64,000 nt of DNA from Anaeromyxobacteraceae bacterium (GCA_047602405.1 JASGHJ010000002.1:1984001-2048000); one strand, 5' to 3'. Positions 11,185-25,119 are shown, counted from the first letter of the stretch. The notes: generated by a model not told the origin, from the letters alone. Made by a program: numbers and translations.

Positions 11185-11445
11185 CTGTGACGCGTTCGGG
11201 CGGCGAGGGCGGTGGACGACTTGGTCCGGCCCAAAGGGGAATCCTCGTATGAACTATGGGCAGGGCCGTGAAGCCTGATGCCCGCTGTTAGACCGAGGCA
11301 GCCCCCGACGGATTCAGGTCATGCGGTACCCAACCCGCGAATATCAGTCTGATCCGCCGTCGCTCTAGTTCAGGTCGACCACCGCCTTGGCCGCCCGAAC
11401 GCAGAAACGAAAAAGCCGACCCTGCGACCGGGCCGGCTTCGTTGA
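11185..11445 (+). ncRNA. Predicted bridge/seekRNA region (boundaries approximate)
   Basis: ~260-nt non-coding right end containing target-matching segments at 11249-11256 and 11283-11291 and a donor-matching segment at 11341-11347. Confidence 0.7.
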
Positions 11446-11587
11446 CGGGTCCAACCATATCAGTTCATCACTTGCCACCCAGCAGTATCGGCCGTTCGCA
11501 GTCCGCCACGCTCCGGAGGCGAGACGTGCCCCCGCAGCGCCGGCCGGCGGAGGTCGGGCTCTCCACGTCTCCAGCATCTCAGCGAAT

Positions 11588-11669
11588 GCAGGCCAAGGGA
11601 TGTGGGCGTGTGACGGCATGGCGCGCGAAGCGCGCTGTGCCGTCACACGCAACTCAACCGCAGGCCTGC
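11588..11669 (-). repeat. ~82-bp long-hairpin element, copy B
   Basis: Inverted homologue of 9676-9759; core GCGTGTGACGGCA-TG-GCGCGC-GAA-GCGCGC-TG-TGCCGTCACACGC. Confidence 0.75.
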
Positions 11670-11789
11670 CGCGGCCTGAACGATCGCAGCGGCCCCGGTT
11701 CCGGGCGTCTGTTCCATACACGGACCGACGCAGCCGGCCGGCGTCGCGGGGGCGCGTCGAGCCCCCAAGGTCACGCCCGCCAACGGAGG

Positions 11790-12098
11790 TCAGCGCTCCG
11801 AAGAAGGCGGAAAGCTCCTGATCGAAAGGATGCAGTCCGGCCGGCGCCGGTCCGGGAAGGTCCGGCACCGCGACGGGCGCGCCTCGTAGATGCGGCAGGC
11901 GGAGGTGGCGCCGTCGAGCATCGGGCAGTGGTCGCCCGGGTGCTCGTCGAAGGCGATCGCGGCGCCGCCGCCGGGCGCCTCGCGCACGTGCAGCGGCACG
12001 CCCAGGCGGGCGGCGTGGGCCCGGAAGGCCTCGAGCTCGGTGACGGTCAGGTGAAGCAGGAGCGGCCCGCGGCAGCAACCGCCGCGGCACGTCTCCAT
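11790..12098 (-). CDS. YkgJ-family cysteine-cluster protein
   Basis: CRGGCC, CPMLD, CRIYEARPSRCRTFP. Confidence 0.8.
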   Translation of the reverse strand: METCRGGCCRGPLLLHLTVTELEAFRAHAARLGVPLHVREAPGGGAAIAFDEHPGDHCPMLDGATSACRIYEARPSRCRTFPDRRRPDCILSIRSFPPSSER

Positions 12099-12121
12099 GC
12101 AGAGCGAGCGATCGTCCGGCG

Positions 12122-12421
12122 TTACGGCGTTCCGGCGGGCGCGCCCATCGTGTTGAGGGCGTTCTTGAGGACCTGGCTCGGCCGGAAGGTCAGCACCCGG
12201 CGGGCGCTGATCTCGATCTCCTCGCCGGTCTGCGGGTTCCGGCCCACGCGGGACTTCTTCTCGCGGACCATGAAGTTCCCGAAACCGCTGATCTTGATCT
12301 TCTCGCCGCGCTCGAGCGTCTCCTTGATCGTGTCGAAGACCATCTCGACGATCTCGGCGGCCTCCTTCTTGGAGAAGCCCACCTTCTCGTAGACGCTCTC
12401 GATGATGTCGGCCTTGGTCAC
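12122..12421 (-). CDS. ihfA: Integration host factor alpha
   Basis: KISGFGNF, GRNPQTGE, downstream of pheT. Confidence 0.95.
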   Translation of the reverse strand: MTKADIIESVYEKVGFSKKEAAEIVEMVFDTIKETLERGEKIKISGFGNFMVREKKSRVGRNPQTGEEIEISARRVLTFRPSQVLKNALNTMGAPAGTP

Positions 12422-12504
12422 GGTCGAATCCCCGCGGTTGAGATCGGCGTAAGCTCCTCGAATCGTTAGTCGAATGCCCGCGGCATGTCAAACTCGTGGT
12501 GATC

Positions 12505-12915
12505 TCACCGCTTCCCCGAGGGCGCCCGGGGCCCGGCCGCGTCGCCCCCGGGCTGCCCGGCGGGCGCCGGAAGCTCGCGGGCGGCCCGCTCCCGGGCGTC
12601 CCGGGTGGCCGCGGCCGCGTCGTCGAGCCCCTTCGAGACCTCCGCCGGAGGGGGCGCGGGGACCACGTCGGCGCCCGCGGGGCCCCGGCCCACACCAGCG
12701 GTCAAGGCGAGCACCACGGCGGCGCCGGCGGCGGCGGCCGAGGAGAGCACGAGCGCCACCCAGGCCGCCCAGCGGAGCCTGGGGCCGCGCACGGCCCGCA
12801 CCGAGAGCACCGCGGCGACGAGCCCCACCACGAGGCCGAAGGGCGCGGCGAGCGGGTTCCAGGCCGAGAAGGCGGCCGCGACGGCGAGGACGAGGGCGAC
12901 GACCGCCGGGCGCAC
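12505..12915 (-). CDS. Small membrane protein
   Basis: Three hydrophobic segments, co-oriented within the pheT-ihfA interval. Confidence 0.6.
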   Translation of the reverse strand: MRPAVVALVLAVAAAFSAWNPLAAPFGLVVGLVAAVLSVRAVRGPRLRWAAWVALVLSSAAAAGAAVVLALTAGVGRGPAGADVVPAPPPAEVSKGLDDAAAATRDARERAARELPAPAGQPGGDAAGPRAPSGKR

Positions 12916-12919
12916 CGCC

Positions 12920-15313
12920 CTACCCTCTGAGCTCCGCCCCGAAGGCCGCGGCGACGCGCTTCACGATGCGGGCGTGGGCCGCGTCGGCGTCCCCGTCGGT
13001 CAGCGTGCGGTCCGCGGCGCGGTACCGGATCGCGAGGGCGAGGTTCTTCTTGCCCTCCGGGATTGGCGGCCCGCGGTAGACGTCGAAGAGCGTGGCGCCC
13101 TCGACGAGCGGCTCCTCGCGGACGGCGGCGAGGAGCGACTCGGCGGTGACCGCCTCGGCCACCACCACCGCGAGGTCGCGCAGCACCGCCGGGAACTTCG
13201 GGATCGGCCGGTACCGCGGCACGAGCGCGGCGACGCGGACGAGGCTCGCGAGGTCGAGCTCGAACGCGAGCACGCCCCGCGGCAGGTCGAACGCCTCGGC
13301 GACCCGCGGGTGCAGCTCGCCGACGAGGCCGAGCGGCGTCCCGCGCGCGGCGACCACCGCCGAGTTGCGCGGGTGGAGCCAGGCGTGACCGGGGGCCGTG
13401 AAGGTCGCGTCCGTGACGCCGAGCGCCTCGAGCACGCCCTCGACCGCGAGCTTCGCGTCGTAGAAGTCGACGGCGTCGTTTCCGGCGCTCCAGCCCGCCG
13501 GCGTGCGGCGGCCGGCGAGGAGCCCGGCGACGTGCTGCTCCTCGGAGGCGGGCGTGTCGGCGCCGGGGACCGCCGGGAGGTAGGCGCGGGCGATCTCGTA
13601 GAGCCGCACGTCGTCGACGCGGCGGCTCCGGTTGAGCGCCGCGTTCCGGCAGAGCGAGGGGACGAGCCCGATCCGCATGACCGAGAGGTCGGCGGAGATC
13701 GGGTTCACGAGCTTCACCCCGGCGGGCCCGCCGAACGGCGCGAGCTCCTTCTCGGCGACGAAGCTGAAGTTCACGGCCTCCGAGAGCCCCTGCGCCTCGA
13801 GCGCCGCGCGGATGCGGGCGATCGCCTGCGCCTCGGCCGGCTCGGCGGGCGTCGTGCTCGCGATCGCGGGCAAGGCCTCCGGGATGGCGTCGTAGCCCTT
13901 CGTGCGGACGAGCTCCTCGACGAGGTCCGCCTCGATGGAGACGTCGGCGCGCCAGGACGGGACGCGGAAGGTGGCGCCCTCCCCGTCCTCGTTCACGGCC
14001 TCGAAGCCGAGGCCGGCGAGGATGCGGCGAGCCTCCTCGCGCGGGAGCTCCATCCCGAGCATGGCGGCCGGGCGCGCCCAGCCGAGGCGCACCTCTGGCG
14101 CGGGCACCGGCCGCGGGTGCGCGTCGACCATGCCCGGGCGGACCGTGCCGCCGGAGAGCTCGGCGATGAGCGCCGCGCAGCGATCCGCGGCGCGCACGAC
14201 CATGCCGGGGTCGGCGCCGCGCTCGAAGCGGTAGGAGGCCTCGCTCTTCAGGCCGTGGCGGCGGCTCGTGCGGCGGATGCCGCCCGGCGCGAACCAGGCG
14301 GACTCGAGGAGCACCCGGGTGGTGCCCTCCGAGATCTCCGAGTCGGCGCCGCCCATGACCCCGGCGAGCGCGCTCGCGCGATCGCGGTCGGCGATGAGGA
14401 GGTCCTCGGCGTCGAGGGCCCGCTCCTTGCCGTCGAGGGTGGTGAGCTTCTCGCCGGCCCTCGGGAGCCGCACCACGATCTCCCGCCCGGCCACCTTGTC
14501 GAGGTCGAAGGCGTGGAGCGGGTGGCCGAGCTCGAGGAGGACGTAGTTGGTCGCGTCGACGACGTTCGAGATCGAGCGGATGCCGCAGGCCTCGAGCCGG
14601 CGGGCGAGCCAGCGCGGCGAGGGGCCGATCTTCACGCCCTCGACGACCCGCGCGACGTACCGCGCGCAGCGCTCCGGGGCCTCGATGCGGACCTTCACCG
14701 CCTCGGCGGCCGGGGCGCCGGCCTCCGGGGCCTTCGCAGCCGGGAACTTCACCTGCGTACCGAGCGCGGCCGCGACCTCGCGGGCGATGCCCACGTGGCT
14801 GAGCGCGTCCGGGCGGTTCGGGGTGACGTTCACCTCGAGGAGCACGTCCTCGAGCCCGAGCGCCTTCGCGATCGGCGTGCCGGGGACGACGTCCTTCTCG
14901 AGGATCAGGAGCCCCGCGGCGTCCTGCGACAACCCCAGCTCCCGGGCCGAGCAGAGCATGCCGAAGCTCTGCACGCCGCGGAGCTTCGCCTTCTCGATCT
15001 TCGTGCCGCCGGGCAGCACGGTGCCGATCGTCGCGAGCGGGACCACGTCGCCGACGGCGTAGTTCTTCGCGCCGCAGACGATCTGGAGCGGTTCACCCTG
15101 CCCCGCGTCCACCTTCGTGACCGAGAGCTTCTCGGCGTCGGGGTGCTTCTCGGAGGCGAGGATGCGCGCCGCGACGACGCCGGCGAGGTTCCCGCCGGTC
15201 CGCTCGATCGCCTCGACCTCGAGGCCGACCGCGGTCAGCTTCTTCGCGAGCTCCTCGGGGGTCAGGGAGCCCAGCTCGACGTACTCGGAGAGCCACTGGA
15301 GCGAGATGCGCAT
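12920..15313 (-). CDS. pheT: Phenylalanyl-tRNA synthetase beta subunit
   Basis: HPDAEKL, TPNRPDALS, RFERGAD, C-terminal FDVYRG. Confidence 0.97.
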   Translation of the reverse strand: MRISLQWLSEYVELGSLTPEELAKKLTAVGLEVEAIERTGGNLAGVVAARILASEKHPDAEKLSVTKVDAGQGEPLQIVCGAKNYAVGDVVPLATIGTVLPGGTKIEKAKLRGVQSFGMLCSARELGLSQDAAGLLILEKDVVPGTPIAKALGLEDVLLEVNVTPNRPDALSHVGIAREVAAALGTQVKFPAAKAPEAGAPAAEAVKVRIEAPERCARYVARVVEGVKIGPSPRWLARRLEACGIRSISNVVDATNYVLLELGHPLHAFDLDKVAGREIVVRLPRAGEKLTTLDGKERALDAEDLLIADRDRASALAGVMGGADSEISEGTTRVLLESAWFAPGGIRRTSRRHGLKSEASYRFERGADPGMVVRAADRCAALIAELSGGTVRPGMVDAHPRPVPAPEVRLGWARPAAMLGMELPREEARRILAGLGFEAVNEDGEGATFRVPSWRADVSIEADLVEELVRTKGYDAIPEALPAIASTTPAEPAEAQAIARIRAALEAQGLSEAVNFSFVAEKELAPFGGPAGVKLVNPISADLSVMRIGLVPSLCRNAALNRSRRVDDVRLYEIARAYLPAVPGADTPASEEQHVAGLLAGRRTPAGWSAGNDAVDFYDAKLAVEGVLEALGVTDATFTAPGHAWLHPRNSAVVAARGTPLGLVGELHPRVAEAFDLPRGVLAFELDLASLVRVAALVPRYRPIPKFPAVLRDLAVVVAEAVTAESLLAAVREEPLVEGATLFDVYRGPPIPEGKKNLALAIRYRAADRTLTDGDADAAHARIVKRVAAAFGAELRG

Positions 15314-15353
15314 GGCGGCGTACCCGGGACTGCCGGGTCTTGGGGCTGCAGGA

Positions 15354-16497
<1,144 letters not shown>

Positions 16498-16501
16498 GGC
16501 C

Positions 16502-16846
16502 TTACGCCTGCGCGGCCTTGACGACGGCCGCGAAGTCGCCGGGCAGCGAGAGCGCGAGCTCGGCGAGGATCTTCCGGTCGACGATCGCGCCGGCCTTCGC
16601 GAGGGCGGCGATCAGCTTCGAGTACGTCGTGCCGTTCTTGCGGGCGGCCGCGTTGATGCGGACGATCCAGAGCGCGCGGAAGTCGCGGCGCTTCTGGCGG
16701 CGGTCGCGGGTCGCGTAGTCCTGCGCGCGCTCCACGGCCTGGTTCGCGCGGCGGTAGCAGTTCTTGCGGCGGCCGCGGAAGCCCTTCGCGAGCTTCAGGA
16801 CGCGGTTGCGGCGGCGACGAGCCTTGACACCCTTCTTGACGCGCAT
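16502..16846 (-). CDS. rplT: 50S ribosomal protein L20
   Basis: [17 protein letters not shown]. Confidence 0.97.
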   Translation of the reverse strand: MRVKKGVKARRRRNRVLKLAKGFRGRRKNCYRRANQAVERAQDYATRDRRQKRRDFRALWIVRINAAARKNGTTYSKLIAALAKAGAIVDRKILAELALSLPGDFAAVVKAAQA

Positions 16847-16945
16847 CGTGCTTCTCCTGCCGGCGGGAGGCGCACCTTCATGGCGCGCGCTTCTGGACCC
16901 CGCTTGGGCGCTGTGTGGCTGGTGATGACCTTCCCGGCGGCGGGA

Positions 16946-17149
16946 CTACCGCGCGTACGGGAAGTTCTCCTTGATCTTCTTCGCGTCCGACGGGTCGAGG
17001 TGGCTCGTGCCGCGGAGGCCGACCTTCTGCTTCTTGGTCTTGCCGAACGTCGCGAGGTGGCGGACGCCGGCGTGGCGGAACTTCACCGCGCCGCTCTTCT
17101 TCACCTGGAACCGCTTCTTCGCGGCGCTCTTCGTCTTCAGCTTGGGCAT
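16946..17149 (-). CDS. rpmI: 50S ribosomal protein L35
   Basis: MPKLKTKSAAKKRF. Confidence 0.96.
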   Translation of the reverse strand: MPKLKTKSAAKKRFQVKKSGAVKFRHAGVRHLATFGKTKKQKVGLRGTSHLDPSDAKKIKENFPYAR

Positions 17150-17221
17150 GTCTCGGTGCTTTCTGAGCTGTCGTTGAACCGACCCCCCGGCCTCGAAAGA
17201 GACCCGGCGGGGGCCGGGGTT

Positions 17222-17941
17222 CTACCTCGGACCGGGGGCCGGCGTCGAGGGGCTGGCCGCCGGGGCGGGCGCCGGAGCTTCCGGAGCTTCCGGCGCTGCC
17301 GCCGGAGCGGCCGGGGTCGGCTGGGACTCCCCGGCGGGCGCGCCGGCGGCCTTCTCGGCCTTCTCCGCCTGGGCCCGGGCGCGGTCGCGCATGGCCTGCA
17401 GCATCCTCGGGTTCGGCGCGAGGATCATGAACATCTGGCGGCCTTCGACGCGGGGCGCGGACTCGATGACCGCCACCTCGCGCAGGTCCTCGATCACCCG
17501 CTGCAGCACCTTCTGGCCGAGCTCGCGGTGCGACATCTCGCGGCCGCGGAACATGACGGTGATGCGGGCCTTGTTGGCCTCCTCGAGGAACTCACGGACC
17601 TTCTTGATCTTGGTCGTGTAGTCGTGCTCCTCGGTGCGGGGGCGCAGCTTCACTTCCTTCAGCTGCACCACCACCTGCTTCTTCTTCGCCTCGTTCTGCT
17701 TCTTCTTCTCGAGGTACTTGAACTTCCCGTAGTCCATGATCTTGCAGACCGGGGGCTTGGTCATCGGGCTGACCTCGACGAGGTCCATCCCGAGCTCCTG
17801 CGCCCGCGCCAGGGCCTGCTCGACCGGCAGCACTCCGAGCTGCTCACCCTCGGGACCGATGACACGCACCTCGCGCGCCTTGATGCGGCGGTTGGTGCGG
17901 GCGTCCCGGTTGCTTCCGCCTCGAGGGTCTCTCTGCTGGAT
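17222..17941 (-). CDS. infC: Translation initiation factor IF-3; probable ATC start, Ala/Pro C-terminal extension
   Basis: PPVCKIMDYGK, KEVKLRP, FRGREM; GGAGG lies 9 nt before ATC and only 3 nt before the alternative ATG at 17947. Confidence 0.93.
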   Translation of the reverse strand: MQQRDPRGGSNRDARTNRRIKAREVRVIGPEGEQLGVLPVEQALARAQELGMDLVEVSPMTKPPVCKIMDYGKFKYLEKKKQNEAKKKQVVVQLKEVKLRPRTEEHDYTTKIKKVREFLEEANKARITVMFRGREMSHRELGQKVLQRVIEDLREVAVIESAPRVEGRQMFMILAPNPRMLQAMRDRARAQAEKAEKAAGAPAGESQPTPAAPAAAPEAPEAPAPAPAASPSTPAPGPR

Positions 17942-18124
17942 CGCCATGAGCCTCCGCTCACGTGCTGGGTCGCGCTGCGCTGTCACTGCTACGGCTGCGT
18001 CTCTGCAGAAACCCTGTCAGCGCGACGGGGAAGTAGACGGAGCCCCGGTCCGCGAGGTGAAGTCCTCGTGGCGCCGGGGCCGTCCCGAAAAAGTCGCGGA
18101 ATGATACGGATTTGTCGTCGGATG

Positions 18125-19697
<1,573 letters not shown>

Positions 19698-19711
19698 GGT
19701 GTCGATCTCCC

Positions 19712-21415
19712 CTACCCGTCGATCATGTCGTTGAGCGGCGCGCCGGCCGGGACCATCGGGAACACCTTCTGGTCCCGCGGGATCCGCACGTCGACGATGG
19801 TGGGCCCATCCTTGTTGGCGAGGGCGCGGTCGATGACCTGATCGAGCTCCGCCACCGTCCTCGCGCGCAGGCCCAGGCAGCCGTACGCGTCCGCGAGCTT
19901 CACGAGGTCCGGCCGATCGGAGAGCGGGGTCTCGGCGAAGCGCTCCTCGTAGAACAGCTCCTGCCACTGGCGGACCATGCCCAGGAACAGGTTGTTGAGG
20001 ACGAAGATCTTGAAGGGGAGCTTCAGGTCCACCGCGGTGGCGAGGTCCTGGAGCGTCATCTGGAACGACCCGTCGCCGTCGAAGCCGATGACGGTCGCGT
20101 CGGGCCGGCCGAGCTGGATGCCGATCGCCGACGGCAGGCAGAAGCCCATCGTGCCGAGGCCGCCGGAGGTGATGAACTGTCGGGGCTCGCTCGTCTTCCA
20201 CCACTGCGCGGCGAACATCTGGTGCTCGCCGACGCCCGTCGTGACGACCGCCTTCCCGCCGGTCTTCTGCCAGATCCGGTCGACGACGTACTGGGCCTGC
20301 AGCGCGCCCTCGGGCTCCTGGTGGTACTTGAGCGGGAACTTCTCCCGCCAGTCGTCCACCTTGCGCCACCAGGCCGCGAGGTCGGGCTTGCCGCTCGCGG
20401 CGAAGGCCCGGCGGACCTCCTCGGTGAGCTGCGGGAGGAGCCGCTTGAGATCGCCCACGAGCGGAACGGTGGCGGTCACGAGCTTCGAGATCTCGGCCGG
20501 GTCGACGTCGAGGTGGACCACCTTCGCCTCGGGGGCGAAGGTGGAGAGCTTCCCGGTGACCCGGTCGTCGAAGCGGGCGCCGAGCGCGATGATGAGGTCG
20601 GACGCCTGGATGGCGTAGTTCGCGTACTTCGCGCCGTGCATGCCGAACATGCCGAGGCATTGGCGGTTCGTCTCGGGGAAGGAGCCCTTCCCGTGCACGG
20701 TGGTGATGACCGGCGCGCCGACGAGCTCGCAGAACTGCATGACCTCGGCGTGGGCCGAGGCGGTCCGCACGCCGCCGCCCAGGTAGATGACCGGGCGGGT
20801 GGCGGAGCGGACGAGCGCGGCGGCGTCCTTCAGGCGCGGCTCGCCGGAGGACGGCGGGTGGTAGCCCGGGATGTCGACCGTCTCCGGGTACTCGAACTCG
20901 ATCTCGGTGTTGAGGACGTCCTTCGGGATGTCCACGAGCACCGGGCCCGGGCGGCCCGTGCGGGCAATGTAGAAGGCCTCCTTCATCACCCGCGGGACGT
21001 CGTGCGCGTCGGTCACGAGCCAGTTGTGCTTCGTGATCGGCACGGTGATGCCGGTGATGTCGGCCTCCTGGAACGCGTCGGTGCCGATGAGGCTCGAGGA
21101 CACGTTCGCGGTGATCGCGACGAGCGGCACCGAGTCCATGTAGGCGTCGGCGATGGGCGTGACGAGGTTCGTCGCGCCGGGGCCGGAGGTGCCGAGGCAG
21201 ACGCCCACCTTGCCGGTCGCGTGCGCGTAGCCCTCCGCGGCGTGGCCGCCGACCTGCTCGTGGCGCACCAGCACGTGCCGCGGGCTCTCGATGCCGTACA
21301 TCGCGTCGTAGAGCGGCAGGATCGTCCCGCCCGGCACGCCGAAGATCACCTCCACGCCCTCGGCCTGCAGGGCGCGGAGGACCGCCTCGGCCGCCTTCAT
21401 CTTCTTCTTCGCCAT
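19712..21415 (-). CDS. ilvB: Acetolactate synthase large subunit
   Basis: RHEQ, TSGPGATN, RFDDRVTG, GDGSFQM, GMVRQWQ. Confidence 0.95.
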   Translation of the reverse strand: MAKKKMKAAEAVLRALQAEGVEVIFGVPGGTILPLYDAMYGIESPRHVLVRHEQVGGHAAEGYAHATGKVGVCLGTSGPGATNLVTPIADAYMDSVPLVAITANVSSSLIGTDAFQEADITGITVPITKHNWLVTDAHDVPRVMKEAFYIARTGRPGPVLVDIPKDVLNTEIEFEYPETVDIPGYHPPSSGEPRLKDAAALVRSATRPVIYLGGGVRTASAHAEVMQFCELVGAPVITTVHGKGSFPETNRQCLGMFGMHGAKYANYAIQASDLIIALGARFDDRVTGKLSTFAPEAKVVHLDVDPAEISKLVTATVPLVGDLKRLLPQLTEEVRRAFAASGKPDLAAWWRKVDDWREKFPLKYHQEPEGALQAQYVVDRIWQKTGGKAVVTTGVGEHQMFAAQWWKTSEPRQFITSGGLGTMGFCLPSAIGIQLGRPDATVIGFDGDGSFQMTLQDLATAVDLKLPFKIFVLNNLFLGMVRQWQELFYEERFAETPLSDRPDLVKLADAYGCLGLRARTVAELDQVIDRALANKDGPTIVDVRIPRDQKVFPMVPAGAPLNDMIDG

Positions 21416-21420
21416 GGTGT

Positions 21421-21996
21421 CTAGACCGTCCTCTTCTCGTGAGCCGTGATCGCCGCGTCCTGCCCGAGGAGGTAGCCGAGCTCGTCGACCCCGTTCAGCA
21501 GGCAGTACTTCGCGAAGCCGTCGATGGGGAACGTGGCGGAGCTGCCGTCCGGCAGCGTGATGCTCTGGGCCGCCACGTCGATGCGTACCTTCGCGCCCGG
21601 GGCGGCGAGGAGCTTCGCGTGGGCGGCGGGGTCGAGCACGATCGGCACGAGGCCGTTCTTCAGGCTGTTGTTGCGGAAGATGTCGGCGATGCGGGTCGAC
21701 ACCACCGCCTGGAAACCCGCGTCCACGAGCGCCCAGGGGGCGTGCTCGCGGGACGAGCCGCAGCCGAAGTTGTCGCCGGCCACCAGCACCCGGCACCCCT
21801 CGGCGGCCCTCGTGTTGAGCACGAACTCGGGCCGCGGCGCGCCGGACGCGTCGTAGCGCCAGTCGCTGAAGAGGACCTTGCCGAGCCCCTTCTTGTCGGT
21901 GGTCTTGAGGAAGCGCGCCGGGATGATCTGGTCGGTGTCCACGTTCTCGCGCGGGAGCACGACCGTCGTCGATTCGATGATCTTGAGCGGCTCCAT
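21421..21996 (-). CDS. leuD: 3-isopropylmalate dehydratase small subunit
   Basis: [20 protein letters not shown]. Confidence 0.96.
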   Translation of the reverse strand: MEPLKIIESTTVVLPRENVDTDQIIPARFLKTTDKKGLGKVLFSDWRYDASGAPRPEFVLNTRAAEGCRVLVAGDNFGCGSSREHAPWALVDAGFQAVVSTRIADIFRNNSLKNGLVPIVLDPAAHAKLLAAPGAKVRIDVAAQSITLPDGSSATFPIDGFAKYCLLNGVDELGYLLGQDAAITAHEKRTV

Positions 21997-23424
21997 CTAG
22001 CGGTTCTCCAGGATGCGACGGGGATCCGCGACGGCGCCCTCGACGGCGGCCGCCGCGGCGGTCAGCGGGCTCGCGAGCAGCGTCCGCCCGCCCGGCCCCT
22101 GCCGCCCCTCGAAGTTGCGGTTGGACGTCGAGACGCAGGTCTGCCCGGGCCTGAGGTCGTCGCCGTTCATGGCGATGCACATCGAGCAGCCCGGCTCGCG
22201 CCACTCGGCGCCCGCGGCCCTCACGATCTCGTGCAGCCCCTCGGCCTCGGCGGCCCGCTGCACCGCGCGGGAGCCGGGGACGACCAGCGTGCGGATCTTC
22301 ACCTTGCGCCCCTTCAGCACCGCCGCGGCGGCGCGGAGGTCCTCGAGCCGGCCGTTCGTGCAGGAGCCCACGAACACGGCGTCGACCTTGCGGCCCAGGA
22401 TGGCCTGGTTCGGCTCGAGCCCCATGTAGCGGAGCGCGGCCTCGAGCGTCGCGCGGGAGGCCGCGTCGCGCTCGGCGGCGGGATCGGGCACGCGGCCGGA
22501 GATGCCGATGCCCTGCGCCGGGTTCGTGCCGAAGGTGATCATCGGCTCGATGGCCGAGCCGTCGAGCGTGACGGTCCGGTCGAAGGCCGCGCCGGCGTCG
22601 GTGGGGAGCGCGCGCCAGCGGGCCACGGCCGCGTCCCACGCGGCGCCCTTCGGCGTCCGGGGCCGCCCCTCGAGCCACCGGAAGGTCACGTCGTCCGGCG
22701 CGACCATGCCGGCGCGGGCGCCGCCCTCGATCGACATGTTGCAGAGGGTCATCCGCGCCTCCATCGAGAGCGCGCGGATGGCGGCGCCGGTGTACTCGAT
22801 GACGTGGCCGGTGCCGCCCCCGACGCCGATCTTCGCGATGATCGCGAGGATCACGTCCTTCGCCGACACGCCCGGGGCGAGCGCCCCGTCCACCCGGATC
22901 TCGAGGGTGCGGGGGCGGCGCTGCAGCAGGCTCTGCGTCGCGAGCACGTGCCCGACCTCGGAGGTGCCGATGCCGAACGCGAGCGCGCCGAACGCGCCGT
23001 GCGTCGCGGTGTGGCTGTCGCCGCAGACCACCGTCATGCCGGGCTGGGTGGCCCCCTGCTCCGGCGCGAACACGTGCACGACGCCCTGGGCCGCGTCGCC
23101 GAGGCCGTGCAGCTCGACGCCGAAGTCCTTCGCGTTCCGCTCGAGCATGCGGACCTGCGCCTCCGCCTGCGCGTCGATGAACGGCCACTTCCCGTCCGGC
23201 CCGGGCGGCAGCGTCGGGATCGAGTGGTCCATCGTGGCGAGCGTGCGCTCGGGGCGGCGGACCTTCAGGCCCCGCTCGCGGAGCAGCGTGAACGCCTGCG
23301 GGCTCGTCACCTCGTGCACGAGGTGGAGGTCGACGTAGAGCACCGCCGGGGTCTCCGGGGTCTCCGGGACGACGACGTGGGCGTCCCACACCTTCTCGAA
23401 CAGCGTGCGCGGCTTCGTGGTCAT
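21997..23424 (-). CDS. leuC: 3-isopropylmalate dehydratase large subunit
   Basis: [34 protein letters not shown]. Confidence 0.97.
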   Translation of the reverse strand: MTTKPRTLFEKVWDAHVVVPETPETPAVLYVDLHLVHEVTSPQAFTLLRERGLKVRRPERTLATMDHSIPTLPPGPDGKWPFIDAQAEAQVRMLERNAKDFGVELHGLGDAAQGVVHVFAPEQGATQPGMTVVCGDSHTATHGAFGALAFGIGTSEVGHVLATQSLLQRRPRTLEIRVDGALAPGVSAKDVILAIIAKIGVGGGTGHVIEYTGAAIRALSMEARMTLCNMSIEGGARAGMVAPDDVTFRWLEGRPRTPKGAAWDAAVARWRALPTDAGAAFDRTVTLDGSAIEPMITFGTNPAQGIGISGRVPDPAAERDAASRATLEAALRYMGLEPNQAILGRKVDAVFVGSCTNGRLEDLRAAAAVLKGRKVKIRTLVVPGSRAVQRAAEAEGLHEIVRAAGAEWREPGCSMCIAMNGDDLRPGQTCVSTSNRNFEGRQGPGGRTLLASPLTAAAAAVEGAVADPRRILENR

Positions 23425-25020
<1,596 letters not shown>

Positions 25021-25119
25021 GGCGTTACCTCGGCTCCGTTCTGCGGGGGCCGGAGGAGCGTGCTCGCCTTGTCGAGGGCGCCTCTCCGGCCGGGTTCGGC
25101 GGGAGAGGGCGCGGCGCGG

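Larger units (their letters stand above)
9992..11463 (+). mobile_element. IS110-family insertion sequence, IS1111-type
   Basis: 13-bp subterminal IRs ATGGTTGGACCCG (9999-10011) and CGGGTCCAACCAT (11446-11458); AG core at 9992-9993 and 11462-11463; visibly lower GC; DEDD transposase. Confidence 0.9.

Noticed and set aside
9985..11470. IS target as an integron attC site
   Set aside because: Empty site GTTAGTT does not fit GTTRRRY, and no paired RYYYAAC box or integrase is visible
17184..17221. Hairpin between infC and rpmI as an L20 autoregulatory site
   Set aside because: A stem is present, but it cannot be distinguished from a generic GC-rich hairpin without an alignment
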